Source of the DNA: Laetmonice hystrix
Lineage: Eukaryota
NCBI GenBank assembly: GCA_965235115.1
Contig: OZ249443.1
Span: forward strand, 18,352,001-18,416,000
Direction of reading: 5' to 3'
Length of the DNA stretch: 64,000 bases
In this document: one piece after another, positions 48,354-60,539 of the stretch
How the letters are laid out: the number at the start of each line of letters is the position of its first letter
Numbering within the stretch: position 1 is the stretch's first letter
Made by a program: the position numbers and the translations under genes
Notes under the pieces: generated by a model
Databases searched by the model: none
What the model was told of the DNA's origin: nothing
The model's input: the letters and a program-made list of their open reading frames with translations, nothing else

Positions 48354-49820
48354 ATTGGGGCCGGAGTTGTGGTATATTCCTGTACGTTTGCTATGTTCTG
48401 ATGTGACCCAAACGTTACCGTTATTGTTGTCTCCCAGTAGACCTGTTCTCTAGTTGACTGAGTACGTCACAAACATGTATTCCCGTCCTGATCGACCCCT
48501 TTAACAATCCCGGATTATAGGGAAAGAAAGTATGTAATAATGACATGGACGACAAGTAGGACAGGGATTTATGTTTTACCAAGGTCAGTCTTACTGCCAC
48601 CCTCATCCATTAAATACTTATCGTAAGTTTTTTTTCATCACACTAAATGTTTTTGTGTCCATTTCATTGTGAATGGTTTCCCCAGTAGGCGGACTAAAGT
48701 TTACCACATTGAAACGAAGGGAGGGCAAGGTCGGGAGAAAGATGATACTGGTAATTCCTTTTTCTGATGACGTTTGTATTCAAAGCTCTCTGAGAATAAT
48801 TACCAACAGACATGGAGGATTTCTCTAAATCAGACCGCTTGCTTGGTTTTATTCTATAGCTACAATCAATATCCCACAGTGCATCACCTTAGTGACGACT
48901 CCCCGCTCCCATCCATGTAATTAGTATCCCATAAGGATGATATTGATACATTGATGTGGATGGCGGTCGGACAATTGGCGGTTGACAGTTTATATAAACC
49001 GTGATGGACACATCCTGAGACATTCCTCGCGCGGATGTCTCAGACACCATCCAAACTCATTCTCTACGGATGACAGCACCAACAAAAGAAATGTGACATA
49101 CACTCCTTAGTAATCCCAGGATGGAAATTACAGTTTCATCAGTACATTTTTTCCCTCGCGACTCCAGCAATTACGGGTAGTTTTTCCCTCGAGAGGCATT
49201 AACAGAAATGTTTCAGCGTTACAGTTTTTTATTTGTTGAAGTCTCTTTGTGCTTTAATTATACAATTAATCTGTTATGAAGTGAAGCTTGATAATTCTAG
49301 GGAGGCCATTGAAATCCTTGGCTTAGCGAGTATAGGTTGTAATTAAATGAACTTATCCTCTAACAGAGGTTGAATGGCCGGTTTCATACCCATGGGCACA
49401 ATCTTTCTATTGACGCCTTTAATCGATAATTCTAACACCATTGTTCTGAGATGTCAAGAGATATCTCAGTAGAAATTGTTTTTATCCTGAGCGGAGGAAA
49501 GTATGCTGAGTGAAAATAAACTAAATCTGATAATAGAAGCTGGGCTGTGAATGTGATGATGATGTCTGGGGAAGTCGGGTTGTGACAGAAGGCAGGTGCT
49601 TACTTGAAATAATTATAATTAAGGTAAACCTGGGACTAACAAAGATGTTGACATTTCCCCCACGAAGCAGGACATTTGAGCTAGGAGTCTATACGTTCCC
49701 AAGGTTAAACTGTGTGTCCTTTCTGTTGTAAATGGGAGTGGTTTGTCTTGGAAGAATTCTGGGGAAATATTTTAATTTCAAGTGAGAACTCTGCTTACAC
49801 GAAGTAAGCGTGTTTTATTT

Positions 49821-50366
49821 GAGCTGGATGTGTTGACCGGGATAGAATGAGCTGGATACAGACACGGATAGTGGCATGTCATGTGTTGACCGGGATAGAA
49901 TGAGCTGGATACAGACGCGGATAGTGGCATGTCATGTGTTGACCGGGATAGAATGAGCTGGATACAGACGCGGATAGTGGCATGTCATGTGTTGACCGGG
50001 ATAGAATGAGCTGGATACAGACACGGATAGTGGCATGTCATGTGTTGACCGGGATAGAATGAGCTGGATACAGACACGGATAGTGGCATGTCATGTGTTG
50101 ACCGGGATAGAATGAGCTGGATACAGACACGGATAGTGGCATGTCATGTGTTGACCGGGATAGAATGAGCTGGATACAGACACGGATAGTGGCATGTCAT
50201 GTGTTGACCGGGATAGAATGAGCTGGATACAGACACGGATAGTGGCATGTCATGTGTTGACCGGGATAGAATGAGCTGGATACAGACACGGATAGTGGCA
50301 TGTCATGTGTTGACCGGGATAGAATGAGCTGGATACAGACACGGATAGTGGCATGTCATTTGTTGA
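49821..50366. repeat. Minisatellite, 53-bp unit x10
   Basis: Unit ATGTGTTGACCGGGATAGAATGAGCTGGATACAGACACGGATAGTGGCATGTC, near-perfect copies. Confidence 0.98.
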
Positions 50367-50631
50367 TTGGAAGAGCTGGTGTAAACGAACCGACGACATG
50401 GCACGTAGCGGCAGGCAGGATCTACTGTACAAAGGTCAAGGGAGAGTGGTAGCACAATCTGTTTGGTCTCAGCTCTTCACCCCACGCCGTCAACAGCCGT
50501 CGGCGGCTTCTGTCCGCTTAGTGAAGACTTGGGCAGGGTCATGTAAGGATCACGGCATGGGAGTAATGTTAGGTGGTCGTCGGAGAAAGCCGGGAGAAGA
50601 AGGCATCAACATGAAGTGTAGGGAAATGGGT

Positions 50632-50848
50632 GAGAGAGAGACAGAGAGAGACACACAGAGACAGAGAGAGAGATAGAGAGAGAGGGAGACATAGAGAGAG
50701 ACAGAAACACAGGGAGAGGCATAGAGACAGAGAGAGACAGAGGCGCAGAGGGAGACAGACAGAGAGAGGGAGAGAGGGAGACATAGAGAGGGACAGAGAA
50801 ATAGGGAGAGAGGTGGGAGACGGAGACATACAGAGACAGAGAGAGGAG
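50632..50848 (+). repeat. Degenerate (GA)n/(GACA)n polypurine tract
   Basis: GAGAGAGAGACAGAGAGAGAC... It explains the RERQRE and SLSLSL ORFs. Confidence 0.95.
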
Positions 50849-52447
50849 AAGCAGGACATGGAGGGGTTTAGGGGCCAACAGAACGGAGAGAAGAGCAGGG
50901 AAGACGTGAAGAGCTCGACCTCTTGCTGTGCCCGTAAACATAATTGGTAGCTCCAGCCTCGGGATCCGCTCCAACTCGGTTACAGCCGTTTACCGTTACA
51001 GATGGAACCACTGACAGGGTATTGATATAAAAGACCTGTTGAATATTTATTGGTTGGAATGCTATTGTCCACTTTGGGCGTGAAATGGGTGTCTCAGTGG
51101 TAACACAATAAAGAGTTGTTGCCACATCCTTTCGGTCTGCCTATTGATGACTGAGTGGGTTTCCGCGTGCTGTATCGACACAGCCCAGTACAGTCCCCAA
51201 TGTGTGCGGGCATGTGGACCACGGCAATTTCACTTCATTGGACTCGATGGAAAACCTGCAGTTATACATACAAATCATGGCGTATATTTCCTCACCATAA
51301 CTCCAACAATCGCAACGATATCCAGCAGTCTTTCCCTCATAAAACCCTCAGGATTTCACGGAACTTATCTTAGTCAAATTGGCAATATATGCTCCTTTAC
51401 TATAAGACGCCAAGGGAGTTTAATCCCGATTTAAATAAATGTTTTGCATATTTTCTGTATGATTTACTAGGGAAAACCATTTCAATACAAGTGTATTACA
51501 TTGTAAACATAAGTGACGTATAGTAATTGAGAAATATTCTTACTGGGACGATATATGTGGATTGGATAACTGGTATAATGGTCCCAGAGTGGCCTCGCCT
51601 AGAATATCCCGGCCCAGATAATCCCAATAACCCCTCCGAGATGAAATTGGGGCTCATTTCATAAAAAGGACTGGACTATAGAGCAACGCTATACGCTGTT
51701 CGTACGTGTGCCACAAAATATTCATAGACCTTTCGCCTAAGTGTAGTGATTTTTCTTCATTGGGTGAAGGCAGCCCGTGGAGCCTTTTATGTGCCCCCGT
51801 ATTGCCAAGTGGAGCTGCCGTCGTAGGCTGACCCCAGAAATCTACATTAATATCAATCAGTGTCCCATTGCTCACCAGTCTAACGTTGGCGGTCAGTAGA
51901 CAACACCGTATTTATTAACGTCACAATGGGATTACGGGCAGACCAAGAACTGGGTCGTTATAAACAAAGGCCAGTGGCGTTTCTCAACCGGAACCGGAAA
52001 TAGCTTCCGAAGTTCCGATTGTGGGACGGTATAGAGCAGTCAGAGAGTGTCATGTCAGCCTCAACCGTGAGATAGAGCAAATATACATTGCTGTCATATC
52101 TTCCGTCTCGGCCGGCAGCTGGGAATTGAAGAAAGAGGTCCTTGAATAGATCTCCAAGTACAGATCGTGAGGTACAGCCGGCCGTCATGCTAACGTAGAG
52201 CCCGCTGGGACCTCGAGCTGGGGAAACTAGAGGACATAGCCTATTGTTTCTACTCTACCCTGGCACTGATCGCGGCAACAACAGCGGCTATAAATCCTTA
52301 TAAATGGACCTAAATATGTCACAATAAACATACACAAGTCACGGAAAGCTGTCAGCGGAAACATTCATAAAGACAAGTAAAAAGGTACATTCGGGAAAAA
52401 TGGGTTCCAGTCATTGTCATACCCTATAGTCACTGAGAGTCGAGCTC

Positions 52448-52566
52448 GGGGCCCCGTTCACAAGCAAAGTCAAGTCAAATTTCATTAAGTTGAAATCCGT
52501 TTTAACCAGTCAGACTCAAGTAAAATTAACTTCAGGTTAATTTAGATTTACCTGACTTTGCTTGTG
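52448..52566. mobile_element. MITE relic (GGGGCCCCGTTCACAAG-type terminus)
   Basis: Perfect 14-bp inverted repeat CACAAGCAAAGTCA (52459-52472) / TGACTTTGCTTGTG (52553-52566), plus an inner IR AAATTAAC/GTTAATTT. The right outer terminus is missing. Confidence 0.55.
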
Positions 52567-53412
52567 TATCCAATTGCAGTTATCAGCAGTTGATCGGCAT
52601 GATTAGCGCCACTGTAATTATTAATGCTGTGTTTAGTGTCAGCGAGATCGCCTATGATAGGAAGAAAGCATTTTGGATCTTTCATCGAACAATTTATCGC
52701 GGACAGTTGAGCTAATTTTATTAAAACTATGCACCGACGAGTACCGTAATAAATGCTAATTGTAATATAGGGATGTAGAATTGTCAAGCACAGCCGAGAA
52801 AGCAGGCCTTGTCGATAGAAACTGTTTAATTAATGAGATGCACTACTATTTGTCGCCGTGAGTAGTATAGTGAAATGTGAGCTAAAGTCAGGCGTGAATA
52901 TGGTGAAGTTGCTTTTTTGTCGACATGTAAAATTATACCCAAGAATGTTTCCAGAAGCCACGTAGTGTATTTTGCGAAGTGAAGTCTTTCATTTACTTTA
53001 AATGTCAGGGAAACTAGGATGATCTTTGATGGTTTAAGATTAAATATAAGTAGCTATCGTATATAATTTAAGGCGTGTCTCCAGTTGAAAACATCTTGTA
53101 GTCAAACATGACTTGAAAGGGAATGGTGTAATGAATACCCAGGTAAGCTCTCAGGTAACTTCCGCCATCATTAGAGAATACGAGATGCTTTGATGTTCAC
53201 ATCCGTCGACATTTCTATACATGTTACGGTTGAAATTAAAACCATCTTCATGGAAAGGATGAACATATTGCTACATGCCACGTGAGATTGTGTGACTGAT
53301 TTCATGAGACAGGGAAATTAGAGTCTTTGCGTACTGCTCAGATGACACCAAGCCTATTATAGTGGAAGATAATCATTTAAGCTACATCTTCCACTCCAGT
53401 TGAATGTGTTTT

Positions 53413-53439
53413 GAAGAAGAAGAAGAAGAAGAAGAAGAA
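53413..53439 (+). repeat. (GAA)9 microsatellite
   Basis: Nine perfect GAA. Confidence 0.95.
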
Positions 53440-53952
53440 AAAACACTACCTGTGAGCATTGAATTCCCTCACGCCTACATTTCACGATGGACCCGTCCAG
53501 AAAACTGTCGATTTAGAATGGGTCTATACATTACACTGAGCAGCTGAATTCAGCCATAAACTAACTTGTTCACACGAGGGTCGAAACCGTACATGAGAGA
53601 GAGGATAGTTGAAATACCAACATGTGCCATTTTACTGCTGGCTTCCATTCCAGCCTCAACACGTGTTTGTCACGTCACTTGGCTCTCCGTCGGCCGGTGA
53701 ACCACTCAACCAACCTTTCCGAGGGCCCACTGATCGTAGAGCGTTCAGTTGATGAGTGCCCTTATTACACCACTTATCACCGTCTGGCATAGCACCACCA
53801 CGTGCTCCCCGGAGACATTCAGACACGGAGTGTGATTGGTGGAGAGCTAGTTGGGCCGTCTGCTTCTGGTGTCGGCGGTCAGGTTGGCGGCCTCGCTAAG
53901 TAGGGAGGGTTAAGTGGGAGTTTCAACAGCATGGAGGTTTCAGTTTGGAAAG

Positions 53953-53976
53953 AAACAAACAAACAAACAAACAAAC
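53953..53976 (+). repeat. (AAAC)6 microsatellite
   Basis: Six perfect AAAC. Confidence 0.95.
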
Positions 53977-54060
53977 AAAAGTTGAAATGGCGATCTTTTT
54001 ACTGGCACTGGCACCACCTTAGTCTGGGAGTAAGACAGGGTGGAGATACCCTGACAGTTT

Positions 54061-54473
54061 TCAACCCATGTTATATAACAGAATGAAGATACATTTAGAA
54101 GTCCTCAACCCATGTTATATAACAGAATGATACATTGAGAAGTCCTCAACCCATGTTATATAACAGAATGAAGATACATTGAGAAGTCCTCATCCCATGT
54201 TATATAACAGAATGAAGATACATTGAGAAGTCCTCATCCCTTGTTATATAACAGAATGAAGATGTACACCGACAAGCCCTCATCCCATGTTATATAACAG
54301 AATGAAGATACATTTAGAAGTCCTCAACCCATGTTATATAACAGAATGAAGATACATTTAGAAGTCCTCAACCCATGTTATATAACAGAATGAAGATGTA
54401 CACCGACAAGCCCTCATCCCATGTTATATAACAGAATGAAGATACACCGACAAGTCCTCATCCCATATTATAT
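54061..54473. repeat. Minisatellite, ~44-bp unit x~9
   Basis: Unit TCAACCCATGTTATATAACAGAATGAAGATACATT(T/G)AGAAGTCC, with a GATGTACACCGACAAG variant. Confidence 0.97.
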
Positions 54474-57400
54474 GTCAAATAGGATATCCGGACGTGCTCT
54501 CAGCCCATGTACAGGCAGTTGAGATGAGTCATTCTCAGTAAAAACCCGTTTTCCCAATCTAACCTGCCAGAGAGTTCTGTGCATGGAGAATGAATTGAAA
54601 ACACTTCCATGTTATTCTAAAGCTGTATCATTTAGCACCGTTTTGATGGGATATTTATGGAAATGCCCTGTTTAATCAGGATGTTGTGACAGGCCCCGGT
54701 AATCCGTGTCCCCGGAGGCGAGCAACTCATGGAAGTTGTTTATGGGACAACATAAACACGCAGGGTCACAACGTAGCGCGGTCTCTCTGGTGTCGTGAAT
54801 ATCGTCACGACAACGGGGTATGTCGGAGACGGGCGTCCCGATCGGGAGTTACGAGTCGGGGAGGTGGGAGGCTTACTACACCGGGCTCTGTATACTGATA
54901 GACCGGGCTCCCGTCAACACGTCCCCGGCATCCCCCCCCCCCTCCCCCACCACCCCCTGCTGTCGCCAGGTCCAGGCCCGACGGCGTGGCTTTCAAACAG
55001 CAGCGATCAGGTATATACGACAGGTGTGGCGAGAGAGGGTGGAGCGGTAAGTACTGGGACCAGACGCCTCAGGATGGTTCTGACGTGGGTCGCTCCGTGC
55101 ACCGATGTGACAGCTGGTTTATGAGGATCAGGTGGATGACCGGAAGCCACAGAAAAGGAAAAGTTGGGGATTTCTTGCACTGGAGTATTTTGAAGCATTC
55201 TCCCGACTTTCTAAAAATGATGGATTGGGTGTTTCATTCAATATCGCAGGTCATCGATTCAGGGATAAACATGGTCTTATGTGCCGCATTTTTCATCAAT
55301 ATTGGTTGTTTTTTTTTGGGGGGGGGGGCTGGTCACATGAAGGTAGTGAAGATAATCGTTTGAAGGCTGAAGAAAGGAGTCAGAAAGGTTGGAACGCGCA
55401 CTAAAGACAAACACCAGTGACCTAGATCATGGTACATGACATGCAGCCACGGAAGGGCATCAGTGGATCTCACAGTGACAGACAGCAGTCGGTGCAAATC
55501 AAATTATGAACAGCGGAACCAGCCTTCTGACGCGCTCTTTGTCAGCCTGTTGATCTATAGTCGGACATTGGGGGCAGGGGTACGGGTCCAAGTGGCAGGG
55601 GTCTGTTAAACGGGTTGAGAGGGGTTGCTAGTGGTGGGCCGGGTTGAGTGGAGGGTCAGAGGTGGCCCTGAAGTCGCCCAACTCGTTCCGTTCCTCTCAC
55701 ATCCGCAGCTGTCAGACATGTTTTCTTTGAACCCCAGATCGGCAGGAAGTGCCCTCCATCTTCTTGATGTTTGTGTGGTGTGTCGTCGGTCGGTAGAACA
55801 TGAACATTGGTTAACCGGCCTCATCTGACATACGGCCCTAGGACATGTCGCAGCGTTTGACAATTCCCGTCCAATCCTGTGCATCATTTGTCAGCGCCTT
55901 TTGAATCATTTCCACCACAAGTACCACCAAAAGAGATAGCGCCCGGTGGTTGGTATTTGTCTGCTTAAAGAAACCAGGGGGCTGATGCCGAGCTCTGGGT
56001 GGCTCATTTCCGCCGCTTGGCCTGCTGGGTACAGCCGTGACGTTAGAGACGGTCGCCATGGTAGCCGTGCCTGCAGCTAGCCTCGTTTTGGCCGTCATTG
56101 TCTCAACTGATCGATTGATCCGCAAACCCAAGGGTGAGCAACCGAAAAAATCACGTGACAGAAAGAGTTTTCGTCCTGGGGGCCGGGGCATGATGGTTAA
56201 ATGGCATGGCTAGACCAGGCCACTGGTATTCTCTTTGTTATAAAACAAACTCTCCACATTGTCATGGACCAGTCCTTATGAGCAAATAACCTCCTGGCAG
56301 AAACACGGTATCTTGGCAACCGTTTCCCATAATGCACTGTTCCGCCACACTGCCTTCAGTTGCTGGGTTTGGACAGGCATTTCTTGTCCGGGAGGCGAAA
56401 TAATTGGCATTTAAAATAATGTCTCCTTTGTGCATGACCCAGAAACGGGTGAATAGTTGGCCGATATTTCTGGCCCTCAGATGTCCTTTCTGTTGATTTC
56501 GAGGCGTAACACCATTCAAATCTCGGCCAAACATTTCAGTAATTGTTGTCAAGGCAATTTTTGTAAAGTTATTTTGAATTGAAATGGAACATCTGCCACG
56601 GTGTTTTCACAGGGGCCATATTGTAGCTGGTCCCCCTCAAGAGCTCCTCAGAACAATCGTCCGGCGGCTCTGCCAGCGCTGGGAGTCAGTGCTGTGGAGA
56701 CACTAAAGTAGTAGAGGTAGTTTGTTGATGTGAACTGTCGGCATGGGCAGAGTTTTATATTCTGCCATTACTTCTCTGTAAACTCTATTATTGTCTCATG
56801 GTTTTCTTTGTTTTCGTGTACATGTATGATTGTAAGACAGACGGGTTGCAAATATCGACGTTCTAGATGCACTAACATCTATTACCAAATCTACCTATTG
56901 GTAAGTAGGTAGATTAACAGGGGCTGATGTGATGGTTTTAAAATACATGTATATGGTTGAATCACTCAATAGTCAGCATAACTGCCCAGTTTGCACAACA
57001 TTAAAGAAAAACTCAGGGGAGTCGTTTAATTACGTATTGACCTGTCTGACTTTGTATGTAGCGTCACACTTTAAAGTTTGCAAGGAAATGTTGAAGAATG
57101 GAACGTAAAGAAGCTGACAGAGTTCAACCAACTTACAAGTCATCCCCAGGGACCACTACAAAGGATGGCACCACACAGAATGAGACATCAGTCTTGGTTT
57201 AATAGCCAGGCAGGTTTTCCTGCAACGCTCCTACATCATGTAGCACGTCAGAATGGGAAGATACATGGGCACAGATATATCATGTAATGACATATCAAAG
57301 TTTGGATTAGTTTTAAAGAACCTTGCTGGTTGTGTATTTTACGTCTATCAGATCAGGTGAGACTTGACTGATGAGATGACGGTGTTCATTTCATGTTCCT

Positions 57401-57656
57401 GTTAACCAGGGTTGATTAGCAGTCTTTCTCAATGTCGTTAGAGCCTGTGTCAAGCCTTGGTAATGAACTGTTGGGAGGGATAATTCCAGCTTCTTTTGTT
57501 CCGTTCGTCTAAGATCACAGTTTGGGATGAGAAGTCGAGATTTGAAAACCCATCAAGATTATGGAATCCTACTAAGGGTTTGCCAAGGAATCTTCCATTC
57601 AAATCGAGGTTCTAGGTAGAACGGCACGCTGTGGGCAAGACATCGTTTTGTCGAGC

Positions 57657-58171
57657 GCCACAGGTCCAACCTAACCTCATGTTATGCTGTATCTAGGCCA
57701 CATACCTCATGGACCTCCACCTGTGTAGATCTAGCAGAGCTCAGTCTTCACTGAACCTAGCCACAAGTTCAACCTAACCTCATGTGATGCTGTATCTAGG
57801 CCACATACCTCATGGACCTCCACCTGTGTAGATCTAGCAGAGCCCCAGTCTTCACTGAACCTAGCCACAGGTCCGACCTAACCTCATGTTATGCTGTATC
57901 TAGGCCACATACCTCATGGACCTCCACCTGTGTAGATCTAGCAGAGCTCAGTCTTCACTGAACCTAGCCACAGGTCCGACCTAACCTCATGTTATGCTGT
58001 ATCTAGGCCACATACCTCATGGACCTCCACCTGTGTAGATCTAGCAGAGCCCAATCTTCACTGAACCTAGCCACAGGTCCGACCTAACCTCACGTTATGC
58101 TGTATCTAGGCCACATACCTCATGGACCCCGACCTGTGTAGATCTAGCAGAGCCCAGTCTTCACTGAACCT
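57657..58171. repeat. Minisatellite, 103-bp unit x5
   Basis: GCCACAGGTCC starts at 57657, 57760, 57864, 57967 and 58070. Confidence 0.98.
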
Positions 58172-58222
58172 CAGTCTGGTGAAGACATATCCGTTCAATG
58201 TGTTATCATGTCCTGTCTCCAG

Positions 58223-58410
58223 GGGCCCGTCTTACTAATGATGATCCCCAGTAAAATCCCCACCAAAGTCCCCAGATTGGGAATATTCCTGGTGTCTTAC
58301 TAACAAGTCCCTCCATTGAAACATTGTTGGGGAGATGTCCCCAATATGGGGGGGGGGGGGGGGGTCCATGTCCCTGATTTGGGGAGTGACATTCTTAGTA
58401 AGACTGGCCC
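58223..58410. mobile_element. 188-bp MITE with 16-bp TIRs (PIF/Harbinger-like termini)
   Basis: Left GGGCCCGTCTTACTAA versus right TTAGTAAGACTGGCCC (15/16 reverse complement). Internal GTCTTACTAA copy at about 58294 and an internal G17. The left flank is CAG; a TSD is not matched on the right. Confidence 0.7.
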
Positions 58411-59529
58411 TCACTTTGACTCGCTTCCCTCGCGTGGCGGACGTTGAATCCCATGGTCATCATGGCAACTTGCCAGCTAGCCAGAGCACGACAAAGTGCG
58501 TTATTTGAAAACCACGTTTTCTTGATCATTTTGCCTGCGAATATTTTCAAAAGACCTATTCATCGCTTCTTGCTTAGCAAGACCCTGCGGTTTACGTTAT
58601 GAATCGATGATCGGGAATTTGTGAAACAGAAAGTTTTGCTTCGTAGAATGGGAATGAGAAAGGCTTTGAAATATTCAGTTGTGGTGATGGTGTGTCATTC
58701 CCTTGATTTAGTTTGGGTATTATGAACAAGTGGGGTAAAAACCTGACTTTATCATTGCAAAACAGATTTTAAAGTCGCAACGTTTAATTAAAGTCATCAT
58801 GAAAGAGAAATGTTTCAAAGTACTTGCTAACAAAAAGTGAACTAATCTATGTTAGACGAATTGTCATTAGGAATGTGATTAATATCGATATAAAAGATGC
58901 GTGTATCACTTAACGAGTCCAGTCGTTGAATTACAAAGATATTTCTGAATTACTCTAGGTGATTGCCTGTTTGGTTACAGTCTGTGAGCGGTTTATTAGT
59001 GTTTCTCTTTGAATGGCAGAGTGTAGATTGACTACAACATTGTGGAGTAGATTTAGTGATAGCAATAGGAAGGGTAGATCCCGTAAATGGCAGTTCAGAT
59101 ATGTATCAATGGTAATGGAGTAGCAGTAGACATAGGCCCCTATGTAACTCTGTGGGTATCGTTACATGTGCGGAACTTAAAAAAGAATGGCACTCGGGAG
59201 TTCAAAGAAGGCATGCGGAGGTAATGGGAGAGGTGTGGAGTTCAGTACAGGCATGTGGAGCTCATGAAAGATGTGTGCGGAGTGTCAGGCGGGGTGTTCT
59301 AATGCTATGTTAGACATTGTGTTGAAGAAATCCCTGAAGGCTTTATTTTTTCGCTGGACACATTTGATCATAAATTGCATGGACACCAATCTATTTCAAG
59401 ATGGCATACGTTATATGGAAGACATTGAAGAGATGACACCGTCTGGTCTGGCCGTGAGTCGGTAATCCCACTTGTGTTAGTTCCATGGAAGCGCAGTCAT
59501 AATAAACAGCACGTCTGAGGCCAGCTTAC

Positions 59530-59561
59530 CTCTGACAAGACCTGATGTTGGGCCACGTAAG
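59530..59561 (-). CDS. Candidate 32-nt exon on the minus strand
   Basis: Minus-strand acceptor GCTGTCTTTTTACTCATTCAG and donor GAG/GTAAGC. All three frames are open (e.g. YVAQHQVLSE). No homology recognised. Confidence 0.2.
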
Positions 59562-59867
59562 CTGAATGAGTAAAAAGACAGCCGCGGATTCCTTAAATCT
59601 GTATTGACTGGGAATTAAATTGGACAAACCTCAAGAGGGATTGTGCACGTTTTGTGAATGCCCTGCACGCAAGCCTGGCATGCTCCATGCCTGGCAGGAC
59701 GTGGTCCGAGTGACGTGTTGGACGCAGACGATAACCAGGTTTTTGACGTGGATGTTCGTCAAGAGGTTTGAAAAACTGAGGGTTGGAGGGAATTGTCCAG
59801 GTCTCCGCAACCACCTCCGACTCCCAGTCCGGGATACTGATGGAGGCAGGAGCGACAGACCTCAAGG

Positions 59868-60505
59868 ACAGATGTACCCAGGGTTGGCAAACAGGCATTA
59901 AGGGCACTGGTACAGATGGAGGCAGGGTTGGCAACCAGGCATTAAGGGCACTGGTACAGATGGAGGCAGGGTTGGCAACCAGTCACTCCGAGCACCGATG
60001 TAGTAAGAGTTGACAACCAGTTACTGTGGGCACAGGCACAGATGGAGGCAAAGTTGGCAACCAGTCACTGAACAAAGATTAGAGAATTCGCAGTTGGTCA
60101 CTGTGGGCACAGGCACAGGTCTAGGCCAGGTTGGCAACCGGCCACTTAACAAAGATTAGAGAATTCGCCGTCGGTCACTGTGGGCATAGGCACAGATGGA
60201 GGCCAGGTTGGCAACCAGTCACTGAACAAAGATTAGAGAATTTGCAGTTGGTCACTGTGGGCACAGGCACAGATGGAGGCCAGGTTGGCAACCGGCCACT
60301 TAACAAAGATTAGAGAATTCGCCGTCGGTCACTGTGGGCACAGGCACAGATGGAGGCAAGGTTGGCAACCAGTCAGTGAACAGAGATGTGCAACATAGAG
60401 CAACCGATCAGGGTGGGCACAGACCACAAGCGGAGGTCAAGGCAGGTTGGCAGCCGGTCACTCTGAGTTCAGATGTAAGCCGAATTGGCAACCGGTCACG
60501 GTAGG
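59868..60505. repeat. Degenerate composite array: 44-bp units, then 77-bp units in ABAB order
   Basis: ACAGATGGAGGC...GTTGGCAACC anchors at 60038, 60115, 60192, 60269 and 60346. About 10 copies of the GTTGGCAAC core. Confidence 0.9.
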
Positions 60506-60539
60506 CACATACCACAAGGACAAATAGAGGCTAGCCATG

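Noticed and set aside
47614-48406. Overlapping 65-180-aa ORFs on both strands
   Set aside because: They are artefacts of the GC-rich, stop-poor minisatellite.
50569-50974. RE-rich and SL-rich ORFs
   Set aside because: They are translations of the GA-rich tract.
52590-52787. ISIYYGT...IIGDLAD as an APE endonuclease relic
   Set aside because: Motif order is plausible, but key residues (YAP, GDFN) are not preserved.
53752-53766. TGATGAGTGCC as a solo copy of the 31-bp array unit
   Set aside because: An 11-bp match to some part of the unit is expected about once by chance in 64 kb on both strands.
59271-59465. RYMEDI as an RT YxDD motif
   Set aside because: One catalytic Asp is missing and there are no upstream RT motifs.
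4874-60505. Tandem arrays as CRISPR arrays
   Set aside because: Units are contiguous with no unique spacers, there are no cas genes, and the context is eukaryotic.
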